Both the position numbers and the translations under genes were made by a program. Below, piece after piece: positions 7,928-17,486 of a DNA stretch of 23,314 nucleotides. Each line of letters begins with the position of its first letter. Position 1 is the first letter of the stretch. Source of the stretch: a virus (lineage: Duplodnaviria; Heunggongvirae; Uroviricota; Caudoviricetes); the IMG/VR virus record IMGVR_UViG_2537561930_000016; one strand, written 5' to 3'. A model generated the notes under the pieces. The model was given only the letters and a program-made list of their open reading frames with translations, had not been told where the DNA came from and did no database searches.

Positions 7928-8824
7928 ATGCCCGCCGTTGACCTTTCACAGTTACCGGACCCCGCCATCATCGCGGAGCCTGACTTTGAGGCAATTCTGG
8001 CTGACACAAAGGCCATGATGATTGCGGCTTATCCCGCCGAACAGCGTGAAGCCGTTTCCGCCGCGCTGGAGCTGGAATCGGAACCCCTTAACGTTATCGC
8101 TCAAACCATGTCGTTTCGTGAAATGCTGTTACGCCAGCGGGTTAACGAGGGGGCACGCGCCTGCATGTTAAGCCACAGCGCCGGGACAGACCTGGACAAC
8201 CTCGCGGGCAATATGAACACAAAGCGCCTGGTTATCACTCCGGCAACGGATACCACCGACGCGGTGATGGAGAGCGACACCTCGCTGAGACTGCGGGCGC
8301 AGCGGGCGTACGACGGCCTGAGTGTTGCTGGCCCGTCAGGTGCATACGAGTATTTTGCCCGCAGCGCCAGCGGTCTGGTGCGTGATGTGCGGGCTATCAG
8401 TCCGTCTCCGGCAAATGTGACGGTTTCCATCCTGTCCACTGAAGGCGACGGCACGGCAACGGAGGCGTTGCTTAATACCGTTCGCGCCGTTCTGAATGCA
8501 GAGGATACCCGCCCGGTGGCCGACCGCCTGACCGTACAGAGCGCCAGCATCGTGACATGGCGGCTGAATGCAAAACTGTACTTTTACCCCGGCCCGGAAT
8601 CCGAACCTATTCTGGCCGCGGCGGAATCGTCGTTCAGGAAGTGGCTGGCTGAACAGGGGCTTATCGGTCAGGACGTGGCGTTGTCCGCCATTGCTGCCGC
8701 ACTTCATGTACACGGCGTGCAACGCGTGGAGATAATCGAACCCACACAGAATATGGCCATCAGTGACATACAGGCGGCGCGCTGTGAGTCGTTCACCATC
8801 AGCGAAGGTGGGCGTAATGAGTAA
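7928..8824 (+). CDS. J: Baseplate assembly protein gpJ-like
   Basis: 298-aa ORF starting 2 nt after the W stop; size and position match P2 gpJ. Confidence 0.8.
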   Translation: MPAVDLSQLPDPAIIAEPDFEAILADTKAMMIAAYPAEQREAVSAALELESEPLNVIAQTMSFREMLLRQRVNEGARACMLSHSAGTDLDNLAGNMNTKRLVITPATDTTDAVMESDTSLRLRAQRAYDGLSVAGPSGAYEYFARSASGLVRDVRAISPSPANVTVSILSTEGDGTATEALLNTVRAVLNAEDTRPVADRLTVQSASIVTWRLNAKLYFYPGPESEPILAAAESSFRKWLAEQGLIGQDVALSAIAAALHVHGVQRVEIIEPTQNMAISDIQAARCESFTISEGGRNE

Positions 8825-9347
8825 TTCACTGTTACCGCCATCAGCCAGCAATTTCATGCGTTATGCCGAAGCTGTCGGAACGCGCATTACAGACATCCCG
8901 GTAGACCTCAACACACTGTGGTCGCCGGATACCTGCCCGGTGCATCTGCTGCCTTATCTCGCCTGGGCATTTTCCGTTGACCGCTGGGATCGCAACTGGC
9001 CGGAAGAGACAAAGCGACAGGTTATTCGTGATGCATGGCTGATACACCGACACAAAGGGACCATCAGCGCACTGCGCAGGGCCATTGAACCACTGGGATA
9101 CCTCATTCGCGTGTCTGAGTGGTGGGAGTTCGGAGGAAAACCGGGAACATTTACCGTTGAAGTCGGCACACTGGACAGTGGTGTGACGGAGGAAATGTAT
9201 CTGGAAATGGAGCGGTTGATTGCTGATGCCCGTCCGGTCAGCCGCCACATGACAGGGCTGAATATCATTCAGGAAATTCCGGGGGATATTTTCGCAGCGG
9301 CGGCAACTTATGACGGTGAAGTTATTACCATTTATCCAGGCGATTAA
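8817..9347 (+). CDS. I: Baseplate/tail protein gpI-like
   Basis: ATG 8817 inside ORF 8763..9347, overlapping the J stop; 176 aa, same as P2 gpI length as I recall; position before tail fibre gene. Confidence 0.75.
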   Translation: MSNSLLPPSASNFMRYAEAVGTRITDIPVDLNTLWSPDTCPVHLLPYLAWAFSVDRWDRNWPEETKRQVIRDAWLIHRHKGTISALRRAIEPLGYLIRVSEWWEFGGKPGTFTVEVGTLDSGVTEEMYLEMERLIADARPVSRHMTGLNIIQEIPGDIFAAAATYDGEVITIYPGD

Positions 9348-9349
9348 GT

Positions 9350-11644
9350 ATGAGTACCACAACACGAAAATTTAAAACCGTTATCACCGATACGGGTGCC
9401 AAAAAATTAGCTCAGGCAGCCGCGCCAGATGGTAAGCCTGTTCGCCTGACTCATATGGCCGTGGGCGACGGTGGCGGCACGTTGCCCACACCAGACAGTA
9501 AGCAGACCCGTCTGGTGCATGAGGTGTGGCGACACACTGTTAATCGCGTCATCCTGGACGCAACACATCAGAACCGCATTATTGCGGAGCTGCTTATTCC
9601 TCCTGAAACGGGCGGATTCTGGATCCGGGAAATTGGTGTGTTTGATGAGAACGGCGATTTGATCGCGGTGGGCAATACTGCCGAAAGTTACAAGCCAATC
9701 GTTGCCGAAGGGTCCGGACGTGCACAAACATTTCGCACCATTCTGACCGTATCCAGCACTGCCACCGTGGCGCTTACCGTGAATAACACCATGGTGATGG
9801 CCACAGTGGATTACGTGGATGACAAACTGAAAGAGCATGAACAGTCACGACGTCACCCGGACGCCTCGCTGACCGCAAAAGGCTTTGTTCAACTCAGTAG
9901 CGCCACTAACAGCGTGTCTGAAACGCAGGCTGCAACGCCGAAAGCGGTTAAGGCCGCGTATGATCTTGCTAACGGAAAATATACTGCGCAGGATGCCAGC
10001 ACGACGCGAAAAGGCCTTGTCCAGCTCAGTAGCGCCACCAACAGCACGTCTGAAACGCAGGCTGCAACGCCGAAAGCAGTAAAGGCCGCGTATGACCTTG
10101 CTAACGCAAAATATACCGCTCAGGACGCCACGACAGCACAAAAAGGGATTGTCCAGCTCAGTAGTGCCACCAACAGCACGTCTGAAACACTGGCCGCGAC
10201 ATCGAAAGCGGTTAAGGCGGTAATGGATGAAACGAACAAGAAAGCGCCCTTAAACAGTCCTGTGTTGACCGGAACGCCAACAACGCCAACTGCGCGACAG
10301 GGAACGAATAATACCCAAATCGCAAGCACGGCTTTCGTTATGGCTGCAATTGCCGCCCTTGTAGATTCGTCACCTGATGCACTGAACACGCTGAACGAGC
10401 TGGCTGCGGCGCTGGGCAACGACCCGAATTTTGCGACCACCATGACTAACGCGCTTGCGGGTAAGCAACCGAAAGATGCCACCCTGACGGCGCTGGCCGG
10501 GCTTGCTACTGCGGCAGACAAGTTTCCGTATTTTACGGGGAATGATGTCGCCAGCCTGGCAACTCTGACAAAAATCGGGCGGGATATTCTTGCGAAATCG
10601 ACCGTTGCCGCCGTTATCGAATACCTCGGTTTACAGGAAACGGTAAACAGGGCTGGTAACGCCGTGCAAAAAAATGGCGATACCTTGTCCGGTGGGCTTA
10701 CTTTTGAAAATGACTCAATCCTTGCCTGGATTCGAAATACTGACTGGGTGAAGATTGGATTTAAAAATGATGCCGATGGTGACACTGATTCATACATGTG
10801 GTTTGAGACAGGCGACAACGGCAATGAATATTTCAAATGGAGAAGCAAACAAAGTACCACAACAAAAGACCTGATGAATCTTAAATGGGATGCTTTGTAT
10901 GTTCTTGTCAATGCCATTGTAAATGGCGAAGTCATATCAAAATCAGCAAACGGCCTACGTATTGCTTATGGTAATTACGGATTCTTTATTCGTAATGATG
11001 GTTCAAATACATACTTCATGTTGACAAACTCCGGTGACAACATGGGGACTTATAACGGATTAAGGCCATTATGGATTAATAACGCTACTGGCGCTGTTTC
11101 GATGGGGCGTGGCCTTAATGTTTCAGGGGAGACACTTTCAGACCGTTTTGCTATTAACAGCAGTAATGGTATGTGGATTCAGATGCGCGATAACAACGCT
11201 ATCTTTGGGAAAAATATAGTTAACACTGATAGCGCTCAGGCGTTGCTTCGCCAGAATCACGCCGACCGCAAGTTCATGATAGGTGGACTGGGGAACAAGC
11301 AATTTGGCATCTACATGATTAATAATTCAAGGACAACCAATGGCACCGATGGTCAGGCGTACATGGATAATAACGGAAACTGGCTTTGCGGTGCGCAAGT
11401 TATTCCCGGCAACTATGGCAATTTTGATTCCAGATATGTGAAAGATGTTCGACTTGGTTCACAGCAATATTATGGAGTGAACAACTGGCAAACATGGAAT
11501 TTCCAGTGCCCGTCAGGTCATGTATTGTCTGGTATTAATGTTCAGGATACAGGGTCCAACTCTGCCGATAATATAGCGGGCGTTTATTACAGACCCGTTC
11601 AAAAGTATATAAATGGCACCTGGTATAATGTAGCGAGCGTTTAA
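9350..11644 (+). CDS. H: Tail fibre protein gpH-like (current orientation): constant N-terminal part ~9350..10627 fused to variable C-terminal domain 10628..11644
   Basis: 764-aa ORF. N-terminus [26 protein letters not shown]...MAVGDGGG resembles P2 H. Internal gix-like site at 10614..10639. C-terminus ends [11 protein letters not shown], paralleling the alternative cassette. Confidence 0.9.
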   Translation: MSTTTRKFKTVITDTGAKKLAQAAAPDGKPVRLTHMAVGDGGGTLPTPDSKQTRLVHEVWRHTVNRVILDATHQNRIIAELLIPPETGGFWIREIGVFDENGDLIAVGNTAESYKPIVAEGSGRAQTFRTILTVSSTATVALTVNNTMVMATVDYVDDKLKEHEQSRRHPDASLTAKGFVQLSSATNSVSETQAATPKAVKAAYDLANGKYTAQDASTTRKGLVQLSSATNSTSETQAATPKAVKAAYDLANAKYTAQDATTAQKGIVQLSSATNSTSETLAATSKAVKAVMDETNKKAPLNSPVLTGTPTTPTARQGTNNTQIASTAFVMAAIAALVDSSPDALNTLNELAAALGNDPNFATTMTNALAGKQPKDATLTALAGLATAADKFPYFTGNDVASLATLTKIGRDILAKSTVAAVIEYLGLQETVNRAGNAVQKNGDTLSGGLTFENDSILAWIRNTDWVKIGFKNDADGDTDSYMWFETGDNGNEYFKWRSKQSTTTKDLMNLKWDALYVLVNAIVNGEVISKSANGLRIAYGNYGFFIRNDGSNTYFMLTNSGDNMGTYNGLRPLWINNATGAVSMGRGLNVSGETLSDRFAINSSNGMWIQMRDNNAIFGKNIVNTDSAQALLRQNHADRKFMIGGLGNKQFGIYMINNSRTTNGTDGQAYMDNNGNWLCGAQVIPGNYGNFDSRYVKDVRLGSQQYYGVNNWQTWNFQCPSGHVLSGINVQDTGSNSADNIAGVYYRPVQKYINGTWYNVASV
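9878..10230 (+). repeat. In-frame tandem repeat, 132-bp unit x ~2.7 (44-aa motif [40 protein letters not shown])
   Basis: Repeat units start at 9878, 10010 and 10142 (period 132), seen directly in DNA and protein. Causes spurious antisense ORFs 9845..10141 and 9885..10082. Confidence 0.8.
10614..10639. other. gix/pix-like 26-bp invertase crossover site (left), inside H coding sequence: TTATCGAATACCTCGGTTTACAGGAA
   Basis: Near-identical to the Mu gix sequence as I recall it (TTATCCAAAACCTCGGTTTACAGGAA). Inverted copy at 13434..13459 shares the 12-bp core ACCTCGGTTTAC and central TC dinucleotide. Confidence 0.8.
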
Positions 11645-11645
11645 T

Positions 11646-12173
11646 ATGATGCACTTAAAGAACATTAAAGCGGATAACGCTAAAACACTTGAGCAGTACG
11701 AATTAACAAAGAAACACGGAGTTATCTGGCTTTACTCTGAGGACGGAAAAAACTGGTATGAGGAAGTGAAAAACTTTCAGCCAGACACAATAAAGATTGT
11801 TTACGATGAAAATAATATTATTGTCGCTATCACCAAGGATGCCTCTACGCTTAACCCTGAAGGCTTTAGCGTCGTTGAGGTTCCCGATATAACAGCCAAT
11901 CGTCGTGCCGATGATTCAGGGAAGTGGATGTTTAAGGACGGAGCTGTGGTTAAACGGATTTATACGGCTGACGAACAGCAACAACAGGCCGAATCACAAA
12001 AGGCCGCGTTACTTTCCGAAGCAGAAAGCGTTATTCAGCCACTGGAACGCGCTGTCAGGCTGAATATGGCGACGGATGAGGAGCGCGCACGACTGGAGTC
12101 ATGGGAACGCTACAGTGTTCTGGTCAGCCGTGTGGATACGGCAAATCCTGAATGGCCACAAAAGCCTGAATAA
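11646..12173 (+). CDS. G: Tail fibre assembly chaperone (gpG/Tfa-like), orientation-A copy
   Basis: 175-aa ORF starting 2 nt after H stop; [14 protein letters not shown]...[13 protein letters not shown]...FQPDT motifs of the P2 G/Mu U tfa family. Confidence 0.85.
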   Translation: MMHLKNIKADNAKTLEQYELTKKHGVIWLYSEDGKNWYEEVKNFQPDTIKIVYDENNIIVAITKDASTLNPEGFSVVEVPDITANRRADDSGKWMFKDGAVVKRIYTADEQQQQAESQKAALLSEAESVIQPLERAVRLNMATDEERARLESWERYSVLVSRVDTANPEWPQKPE

Positions 12174-12178
12174 AAATT

Positions 12179-12198
12179 AAGGCCCGCTATCGGGCCTT
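12179..12198. terminator. Hairpin AAGGCCCG-CTAT-CGGGCCTT between convergent tfa genes (probable bidirectional terminator)
   Basis: Perfect 8-bp GC-rich stem; A-run upstream on plus strand (a T-run for minus-strand transcripts). Confidence 0.5.
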
Positions 12199-12201
12199 GT
12201 C

Positions 12202-12735
12202 TCATTCAGGTTGTTCGGGAAATGTTACTGGCAGGCTGGAGGTGTCTGTAGATTCGACTTTCTGCGCATAGAGCATCCACTCGGTTAATTTTTGTTTATT
12301 CTCGTCGGAAATGATGCCCAGCCGTAGCTGTGAGTCCCATAGCTGGGTTTTATCCCTGACGAGCTGTAGCAGGCTTTGCTTTTCATTTTCCGCCTGCTGC
12401 CTCTGCTCTTCCTCGGTATAAGTTCGCTTTACCACTACGTCATCTTTGAACATCCATCTACCCGAAATGTCAGCACGGCGATTTGCTGTAATATCAGGTA
12501 ATTCAACGACGCTTGCGCCTTCCGGATTAATTGCTGAAACATCCTTTTCAATACAAATAATAACGCCGTTATGGTCATAGACCATTTTCAAAGTGTCTGG
12601 CTGGAAATTCTTTTGTTCCTCATACCAGTTTTTTCCATCCTCTGAATAAAGCCATTTGATGTTAAATTGTTTCGTTAGCTGGTATTGCTCTTTTGTTTTA
12701 GGGTTGCCAGCAGTAATGTTTTTTAAGTGCATCAT
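12202..12735 (-). CDS. Tail fibre assembly chaperone, alternative (orientation-B) copy
   Basis: 177-aa minus-strand [43 protein letters not shown]..., paralogous to the 11646..12173 product and convergent with it. Confidence 0.85.
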   Translation of the reverse strand: MMHLKNITAGNPKTKEQYQLTKQFNIKWLYSEDGKNWYEEQKNFQPDTLKMVYDHNGVIICIEKDVSAINPEGASVVELPDITANRRADISGRWMFKDDVVVKRTYTEEEQRQQAENEKQSLLQLVRDKTQLWDSQLRLGIISDENKQKLTEWMLYAQKVESTDTSSLPVTFPEQPE

Positions 12736-12737
12736 CG

Positions 12738-13451
12738 TTAAATACTCCCCGCGTTATACCACGTCCCATTAATGCAATACTGAATTGGCCTTGCCTGAGT
12801 TGTATCAATTAATTCATCACGGTTTCCGTTAACTGAACCCGTAACGACATAACCTGACCTGTCAGACCAGCCGGGACCATTCCATGTCTGAACAGATGAC
12901 AGACCGCCAAGGCGAATACCTGTAATAAACCTTGAGTTACATTCTGCCCGCGTATATGCACCAACATCTCCCGCTGAAGGTTTTCGTGTCGTGGTATAGA
13001 AATCTGACCAACCTAATTCAAACCCATAACCATCACGAGCCGACCTGTAGGAAATGCCACCATTTTTATAATTCACACGGAATTGTACGGCAGGACAGCT
13101 ACCAGCATTTATATTAAAGTGAAGAATTAATGCAGATGCACCACCAATCAGGGCGTTATATGCACCACTATCCCAATTCCATCCAACGGATGTATCACCA
13201 TTAACAGTATTACCTGTTTGTCGGAGTGCAAATGCATTGACATTTTTGGCACTAATTGAAATATCGCTAGAACCATCAAAACCAACTCCAGCAATTTTTC
13301 GTGCTGTTTTCAGCTTTGTTGCAGTAGCGGCATTGCCGGACAGTTCCCCAGAAAGGCCACCGCTGAATGTTTGTCGATTGGTCCAGGTATTCGCTGTACT
13401 GAGTAACGGTATTTTCTCCCCGCTTGTGCCGAGTTCTCGTAAACCGAGGTT
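12738..13451 (-). CDS. Alternative tail-fibre C-terminal cassette (promoterless, no start codon; expressed only after inversion fuses it to the constant part of H)
   Basis: Minus-strand frame open from just after TAA (13454..13452) to stop at 12738. Hand translation ...LGLRELGTSGEKIPLLSTANTWTNRQTFSGGLSGELSGNAATATKLKTARKIAGVGFDGS...INGTWYNAGSI; shares LGL crossover codons and C-terminal INGTWYN motif with H. ORF track shows only the last 112 aa (from internal GTG). Confidence 0.75.
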   Translation of the reverse strand, partial: NLGLRELGTSGEKIPLLSTANTWTNRQTFSGGLSGELSGNAATATKLKTARKIAGVGFDGSSDISISAKNVNAFALRQTGNTVNGDTSVGWNWDSGAYNALIGGASALILHFNINAGSCPAVQFRVNYKNGGISYRSARDGYGFELGWSDFYTTTRKPSAGDVGAYTRAECNSRFITGIRLGGLSSVQTWNGPGWSDRSGYVVTGSVNGNRDELIDTTQARPIQYCINGTWYNAGSI

Positions 13452-13459
13452 TTAAATAA
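13434..13459. other. gix/pix-like 26-bp invertase crossover site (right), inverted relative to left site: TTCTCGTAAACCGAGGTTTTAAATAA
   Basis: Reverse complement TTATTTAAAACCTCGGTTTACGAGAA matches the left site at about 21 of 26 positions including the 12-bp core; lies 55 bp upstream of the invertase start. Confidence 0.8.
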
Positions 13460-13513
13460 TGGCCGTTTCTGGCCTGCATGGCATGATTTGTGCTTTTGGA
13501 CGGGAGATTCAGT

Positions 13514-14113
13514 GTGCTGATTGGCTATGTAAGGGTATCAACAAATGACCAGAATACAGACCTGCAACGAAACGCTCTTGTTTGTGCAGGATGTGAACAA
13601 ATATTTGAAGATAAATTAAGCGGGACAAAGACAGACCGACCGGGATTAAAACGCGCTTTAAAGCGCCTTCAAAAAGGTGACACGCTGGTTGTCTGGAAAC
13701 TGGATCGCCTCGGGCGAAGCATGAAACATCTGATTTCTCTCGTCGGGGAACTACGGGAGCGAGGGATTAATTTTCGCAGTCTGACCGACAGCATAGACAC
13801 ATCTTCTCCAATGGGGCGTTTTTTCTTCCACGTGATGGGTGCCCTGGCTGAAATGGAACGTGAATTAATTGTTGAACGTACACTGGCCGGGCTGGCGGCA
13901 GCGCGCGCAAGGGGGCGCACAGGCGGACGTCGACCGAAGCTGACAAAAGAACAGCATGAGCAAATAGCAAGGCTAATCAAAAACGGGCACGACAGAAAAC
14001 AACTGGCAATAATTTACGGCATTGGCACATCGACGATTTATCGTTATCACCCTGTAGGCGATATACAGACTGAAGAAACAACCGGGCAGACTCAGGAAAA
14101 TGAAAACCGCTAA
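13514..14113 (+). CDS. pin: Serine DNA invertase, Hin/Gin/Pin/Cin family
   Basis: ORF 13490..14113; probable start GTG 13514 giving (M)LIGYVRVSTNDQNTDLQRNAL...LVVWKLDRLGRSMKHL...GRRPKL..., which I recognise as the conserved N-terminal catalytic region (VRVSTxxQ, active-site Ser) and C-terminal HTH of this family, very close to e14 Pin as I recall. Symbol is tentative (could be a Fin/Gin-type orthologue). Confidence 0.9.
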   Translation: MLIGYVRVSTNDQNTDLQRNALVCAGCEQIFEDKLSGTKTDRPGLKRALKRLQKGDTLVVWKLDRLGRSMKHLISLVGELRERGINFRSLTDSIDTSSPMGRFFFHVMGALAEMERELIVERTLAGLAAARARGRTGGRRPKLTKEQHEQIARLIKNGHDRKQLAIIYGIGTSTIYRYHPVGDIQTEETTGQTQENENR

Positions 14114-14132
14114 TCTGACCATTAGCGGTTTT
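14103..14132. terminator. Bidirectional rho-independent terminator between convergent invertase and gpU genes
   Basis: AAAACCGCTAAT-CTGACC-ATTAGCGGTTTT: perfect 12-bp stem, 6-nt loop, flanked by A-run and T-run; overlaps the invertase stop codon. Confidence 0.65.
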
Positions 14133-14141
14133 TGTGTTAAA

Positions 14142-14636
14142 TCAGAACAGCCCTTTAACTGAACTGGCCACGCTGTTAAGAGATGATGTCACCTTATCTT
14201 TGAAGCCGGACAGCATATCACTGAACGATGAGGATTGCAGGCGCTCCCGCAAATCCTCATCACAGCGTTCAAGAGTCAGTGAAAATTCTATCTTTTTCGC
14301 CTTACCGTAGCGATCAAACTCGGAGCGGGTCGTATTCGTTTCAGTCAGGACATACATGCCGTAAATCTGCCCGACGCCATCAATCAAAGGCCAGGGTCGT
14401 CCTGTATACGCCTGCGTGGTCAGCAGCGACAGCGACACTTCGCCACCTGTAATTTCAGGATAAAGCACACCAGAAAGAACGATGCGATCATCACCTGCAC
14501 CGATATACTGCCAGCTTGCTGAACGGTTAACGCGTTCATTTTTCACATGCCGCCAGCTTTTGTTTTGCTGTAACTGCTGATGCGGCAGCGTGCGCAGCTC
14601 AAAAACAAACATGCCGTAGATCATCATCATGGCCAT
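14142..14636 (-). CDS. U: Tail protein gpU-like
   Basis: 164-aa minus-strand ORF immediately downstream of the tape measure gene; size and position match P2 gpU. Confidence 0.75.
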   Translation of the reverse strand: MAMMMIYGMFVFELRTLPHQQLQQNKSWRHVKNERVNRSASWQYIGAGDDRIVLSGVLYPEITGGEVSLSLLTTQAYTGRPWPLIDGVGQIYGMYVLTETNTTRSEFDRYGKAKKIEFSLTLERCDEDLRERLQSSSFSDMLSGFKDKVTSSLNSVASSVKGLF

Positions 14637-14642
14637 GACTCC

Positions 14643-17486
14643 TCAATCTTTATCGTAAAAACTGCCACGCCCGGCACGAGCGCGCCGTTCCATTTCTGCC
14701 CTGACCATTTCACCGACCAGTTTGGCCAGTTCGCGGGGATTCTGTGTAACAACGTTATGCAGATGAACATGAATTTCACCGCCAAATCCGGAGGCAACAG
14801 GCTCCCGGTTACGGGAAGTTGCAGGAACTGATGCCACTGGCGATCGTATGGCCTCTGCCACCGGGCGGGAGCTGGCCGCAACAACAGGGATCAGCGCCGG
14901 AGGCAGCGGAGCCGGAACCACAGGTGTGATATTAATTGCGGGAGCAGGCTTACTGACCTGCGCAATCTTCCGCTCCTGCCACTCCCCACGAACGGCAAGT
15001 GCGCGGGGCAGGTTCTTAAAGACAATATCGCCGGGGCCAATACGTTTTTTCGTCTCATCAACCAGCTTACCTGTGTTATCAGCAATTTTGCTGAGTCTGC
15101 GTAGCGTACCGGTATTGCTGTCTGTGAGCGGTTTGTTGTCTTTGGGTTTATCACCTCCGGTGCCATTGCCATTTTCCACAGGCTTCGGCGGATTGATTTT
15201 CGCCAGGTCCCCCTGAAGCAAGGCAACCTTGTCCTGAAGAATGGCCGCACGCTGTGCGTCTTCGATTTTCTTGCGCGCCCTTTCCGCTTCATCCGGAAGC
15301 ACACCGAGCTTTTCAAGTATCCACGCCAGCGTATCCAGCAACATTTTTGCAGGTGTCAGAACAAGTTGTAACGCACCGCCAAGAACGTTACCGAATATCT
15401 CGCCAGCACTGGTACATTTATCCAGCGTTTCCTTGCTGGACTCCATCGGTGACAGCAGCGATTTAAACCAGTTAAAGACCTGAATAATCCCATCACGCAC
15501 GACATCAAAAACAGGACCGAACCGTTCAAAGGTTTCGCGCAACGGAGCCAGCCGTTCCATAATCCCACTGAACACCCCGGCATAAAACGCCTTGATGGGT
15601 TCCCAATATTTCCAGATGAGAACCGCCGCAGCCACAAACGCAGCAACAATCAATCCAACCGGACTGAACAGCGCCCCGATAGCGCCTCCCAATAAAGAAA
15701 CGGAACCCGTCACCATTCCCCATAGTGCTGGCAGGACCCTGACAGCATTCATTGATCCGGTCAGGAGAGAAAAACCAAGACGCAGTTTTGCCAGCGGGCC
15801 AGCAAGCACACCAATAGCCAGCGACAACGAGCCAACCGTTGCAGTCATTGCCAGCAACGCACCGCCTGCTATCAGTAGCTGGCGCGTCAGTGCGGGATGG
15901 GCCTGCGCCAGCGCCGTCACCTTTGAGACCACCCGCGTGAGCCACTGCGTGACAGAACGCAGCGGACCGTCAATCAGATCTGCAATGCGGATGCGCAGCC
16001 CTTCCCATGCACTGCTGAGTGATTTCAGATCGCCGTCAAGGTTGTTGGCCATAACCTTTGCCGTGCGTTCAGCCTCACCGCGCGCGCCTTCAAGTTCTTT
16101 TCTCAGTTTGGGCAGGGAACCGTCACCTGCCGCATCAACGAGCGCCATAAATGATGTGAAAGCCTCTTCTCCGGCAATGTCCTTAAAGAACGATACCCGG
16201 TCAACTTCCCCGTATTTGCGGGTGGCTTTATAAAGGTCGGCCAGCACATCCTCCATCGGGCGCATTTTGCCGTTCGCGTCAGAGACTGCCACACCAAGCT
16301 CTTTCAGCGCCTCTGCTGCTGCCTTTGGCGGTGATGCCAGACGAGCTAGGCTGGCACGCATTGCCGTCCCGGCATCACTCCCTCTGATACCCATATTCGC
16401 CAGCACGCCCGCCATCGCTGCGGCCTGCTCCAGCGATATTCCCAGCTTACCTGCCACCGGACCTGCATATTTCATGGTTTCGCCCAGTGCGCGAAGGTCA
16501 GTGTTGGTACGGGTAAACGCTGCAGTGAGTGTGTCACCGACCCGGTCCATCTGGTCAGCAGAAAGGCCGAACTGCGTCAGGATATTTGAGCCAATATCTG
16601 CCGTCTCGCCGAGATCCATACCGCCAGCCGTTGCCATGCTCAGCACGCCGGGAAGCGCAGCCTGAATGGCCTGCGGAGTGAAGCCAGCCATTGCAAGAAA
16701 TGCCTGTCCACTGGCGGCATCGCCTGCGGTGAACTGCGTTTCAGAGCCAAGTTTTAACGCCTGCTCACGCAGCGCCTTAAACTGCGGGCTGTTCTGGTCG
16801 ATTCGCGTCAGTGCCTGAACGCGGGACATCTCTTTGCCGAACCCGATCGCAGGCTGCAAAAAACGCCCGGCAGCATAGCCGCCAGCCGCTGCCGCACCAG
16901 TTGCCAGTGCACCACCTGTTTTCAGTTTTCCCGCTGTTTCCTGCGCGCGCGAATACCGCTCACGCGCCCGCGTTACACGCGCAAGCGCCTGCCGTTCGCG
17001 TTCAAGCTGGTTGTTGTACTGTTCGCTGCGTCTGATGGCCTGCTGGATGGTGTTATCGCTGCCTGTCAGGGAAATGCCGTGGCGTTTCAGCTCTCCGCCA
17101 AGCTCCCGCATTTTCTGAATTTCCCGCGTGCGCGATTCATTCAGGCGTTCAAGCCGGGTGCTTAACTGCTGCATCAGCTTTTGTTGTTTTTCGCTGAGCA
17201 CTGTACCCGTGCGTTGTAACTGATTAAGGGCGTTAAGCTGGCGTCGCGCTTTCACGATGCCCGCATCCGCTTTACTGACAGCGTCGCGGGCGCGCTCAAA
17301 TGAACGCGCCTGACGCTCGAGATTTTTGATCGCCCCCTGCGTTCGCTGGATGGAGTCACCAAACTGCCCCATCAGGCGGCGGGCGTTTTCGGCAGGTCGG
17401 GTCAGCCTGTCAACGGCGCTGAAAGCGACCCGGATATCAAGAGTCTTCATTGTCTGCATTCCCGCTGCGAAGTGCCGCCCGCTCAC
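14643..17486 (-). CDS. T: Tail tape measure protein gpT-like
   Basis: 947-aa minus-strand ORF; long coiled-coil N-terminal region, central Gly/Ala-rich hydrophobic segments, position after E/E'. Confidence 0.85.
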   Translation of the reverse strand: MSGRHFAAGMQTMKTLDIRVAFSAVDRLTRPAENARRLMGQFGDSIQRTQGAIKNLERQARSFERARDAVSKADAGIVKARRQLNALNQLQRTGTVLSEKQQKLMQQLSTRLERLNESRTREIQKMRELGGELKRHGISLTGSDNTIQQAIRRSEQYNNQLERERQALARVTRARERYSRAQETAGKLKTGGALATGAAAAGGYAAGRFLQPAIGFGKEMSRVQALTRIDQNSPQFKALREQALKLGSETQFTAGDAASGQAFLAMAGFTPQAIQAALPGVLSMATAGGMDLGETADIGSNILTQFGLSADQMDRVGDTLTAAFTRTNTDLRALGETMKYAGPVAGKLGISLEQAAAMAGVLANMGIRGSDAGTAMRASLARLASPPKAAAEALKELGVAVSDANGKMRPMEDVLADLYKATRKYGEVDRVSFFKDIAGEEAFTSFMALVDAAGDGSLPKLRKELEGARGEAERTAKVMANNLDGDLKSLSSAWEGLRIRIADLIDGPLRSVTQWLTRVVSKVTALAQAHPALTRQLLIAGGALLAMTATVGSLSLAIGVLAGPLAKLRLGFSLLTGSMNAVRVLPALWGMVTGSVSLLGGAIGALFSPVGLIVAAFVAAAVLIWKYWEPIKAFYAGVFSGIMERLAPLRETFERFGPVFDVVRDGIIQVFNWFKSLLSPMESSKETLDKCTSAGEIFGNVLGGALQLVLTPAKMLLDTLAWILEKLGVLPDEAERARKKIEDAQRAAILQDKVALLQGDLAKINPPKPVENGNGTGGDKPKDNKPLTDSNTGTLRRLSKIADNTGKLVDETKKRIGPGDIVFKNLPRALAVRGEWQERKIAQVSKPAPAINITPVVPAPLPPALIPVVAASSRPVAEAIRSPVASVPATSRNREPVASGFGGEIHVHLHNVVTQNPRELAKLVGEMVRAEMERRARAGRGSFYDKD

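Larger units (their letters stand above)
10614..13459. other. Invertible tail-fibre host-range segment (~2.85 kb), analogous to Mu G / P1 C / e14 P segments
   Basis: Bounded by inverted gix-like sites. Contains H variable end + tfa on plus strand and promoterless alternative fibre end + tfa on minus strand. Reading frame across the core (CTC GGT TTA) is identical at both sites, so inversion gives an in-frame fusion. Confidence 0.8.

Noticed and set aside
9878-10230. Possible CRISPR-like repeat array
   Set aside because: Repeats are 132 bp, directly tandem without spacers, and exactly in frame within H; they are a protein repeat, not CRISPR.
10120-10935. 271-aa minus-strand ORF (and 9845..10141, 9885..10082 small ORFs)
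   Set aside because: Entirely antisense to the tail fibre gene H; the Ala/Ser/Val-rich product is typical of reverse-strand artefacts, helped by the tandem repeats.
13237-13479. 72-aa plus and 67-aa minus small ORFs near the right gix site
   Set aside because: They overlap the alternative fibre C-terminal cassette and the gix site; the longer fibre frame explains the region.
14848-16665. Several plus-strand ORFs (122, 80, 70, 213, 132 aa) inside the tape measure region
   Set aside because: All overlap the 947-aa minus-strand tape measure gene and are Ser/Ala/Pro-rich shadow frames.
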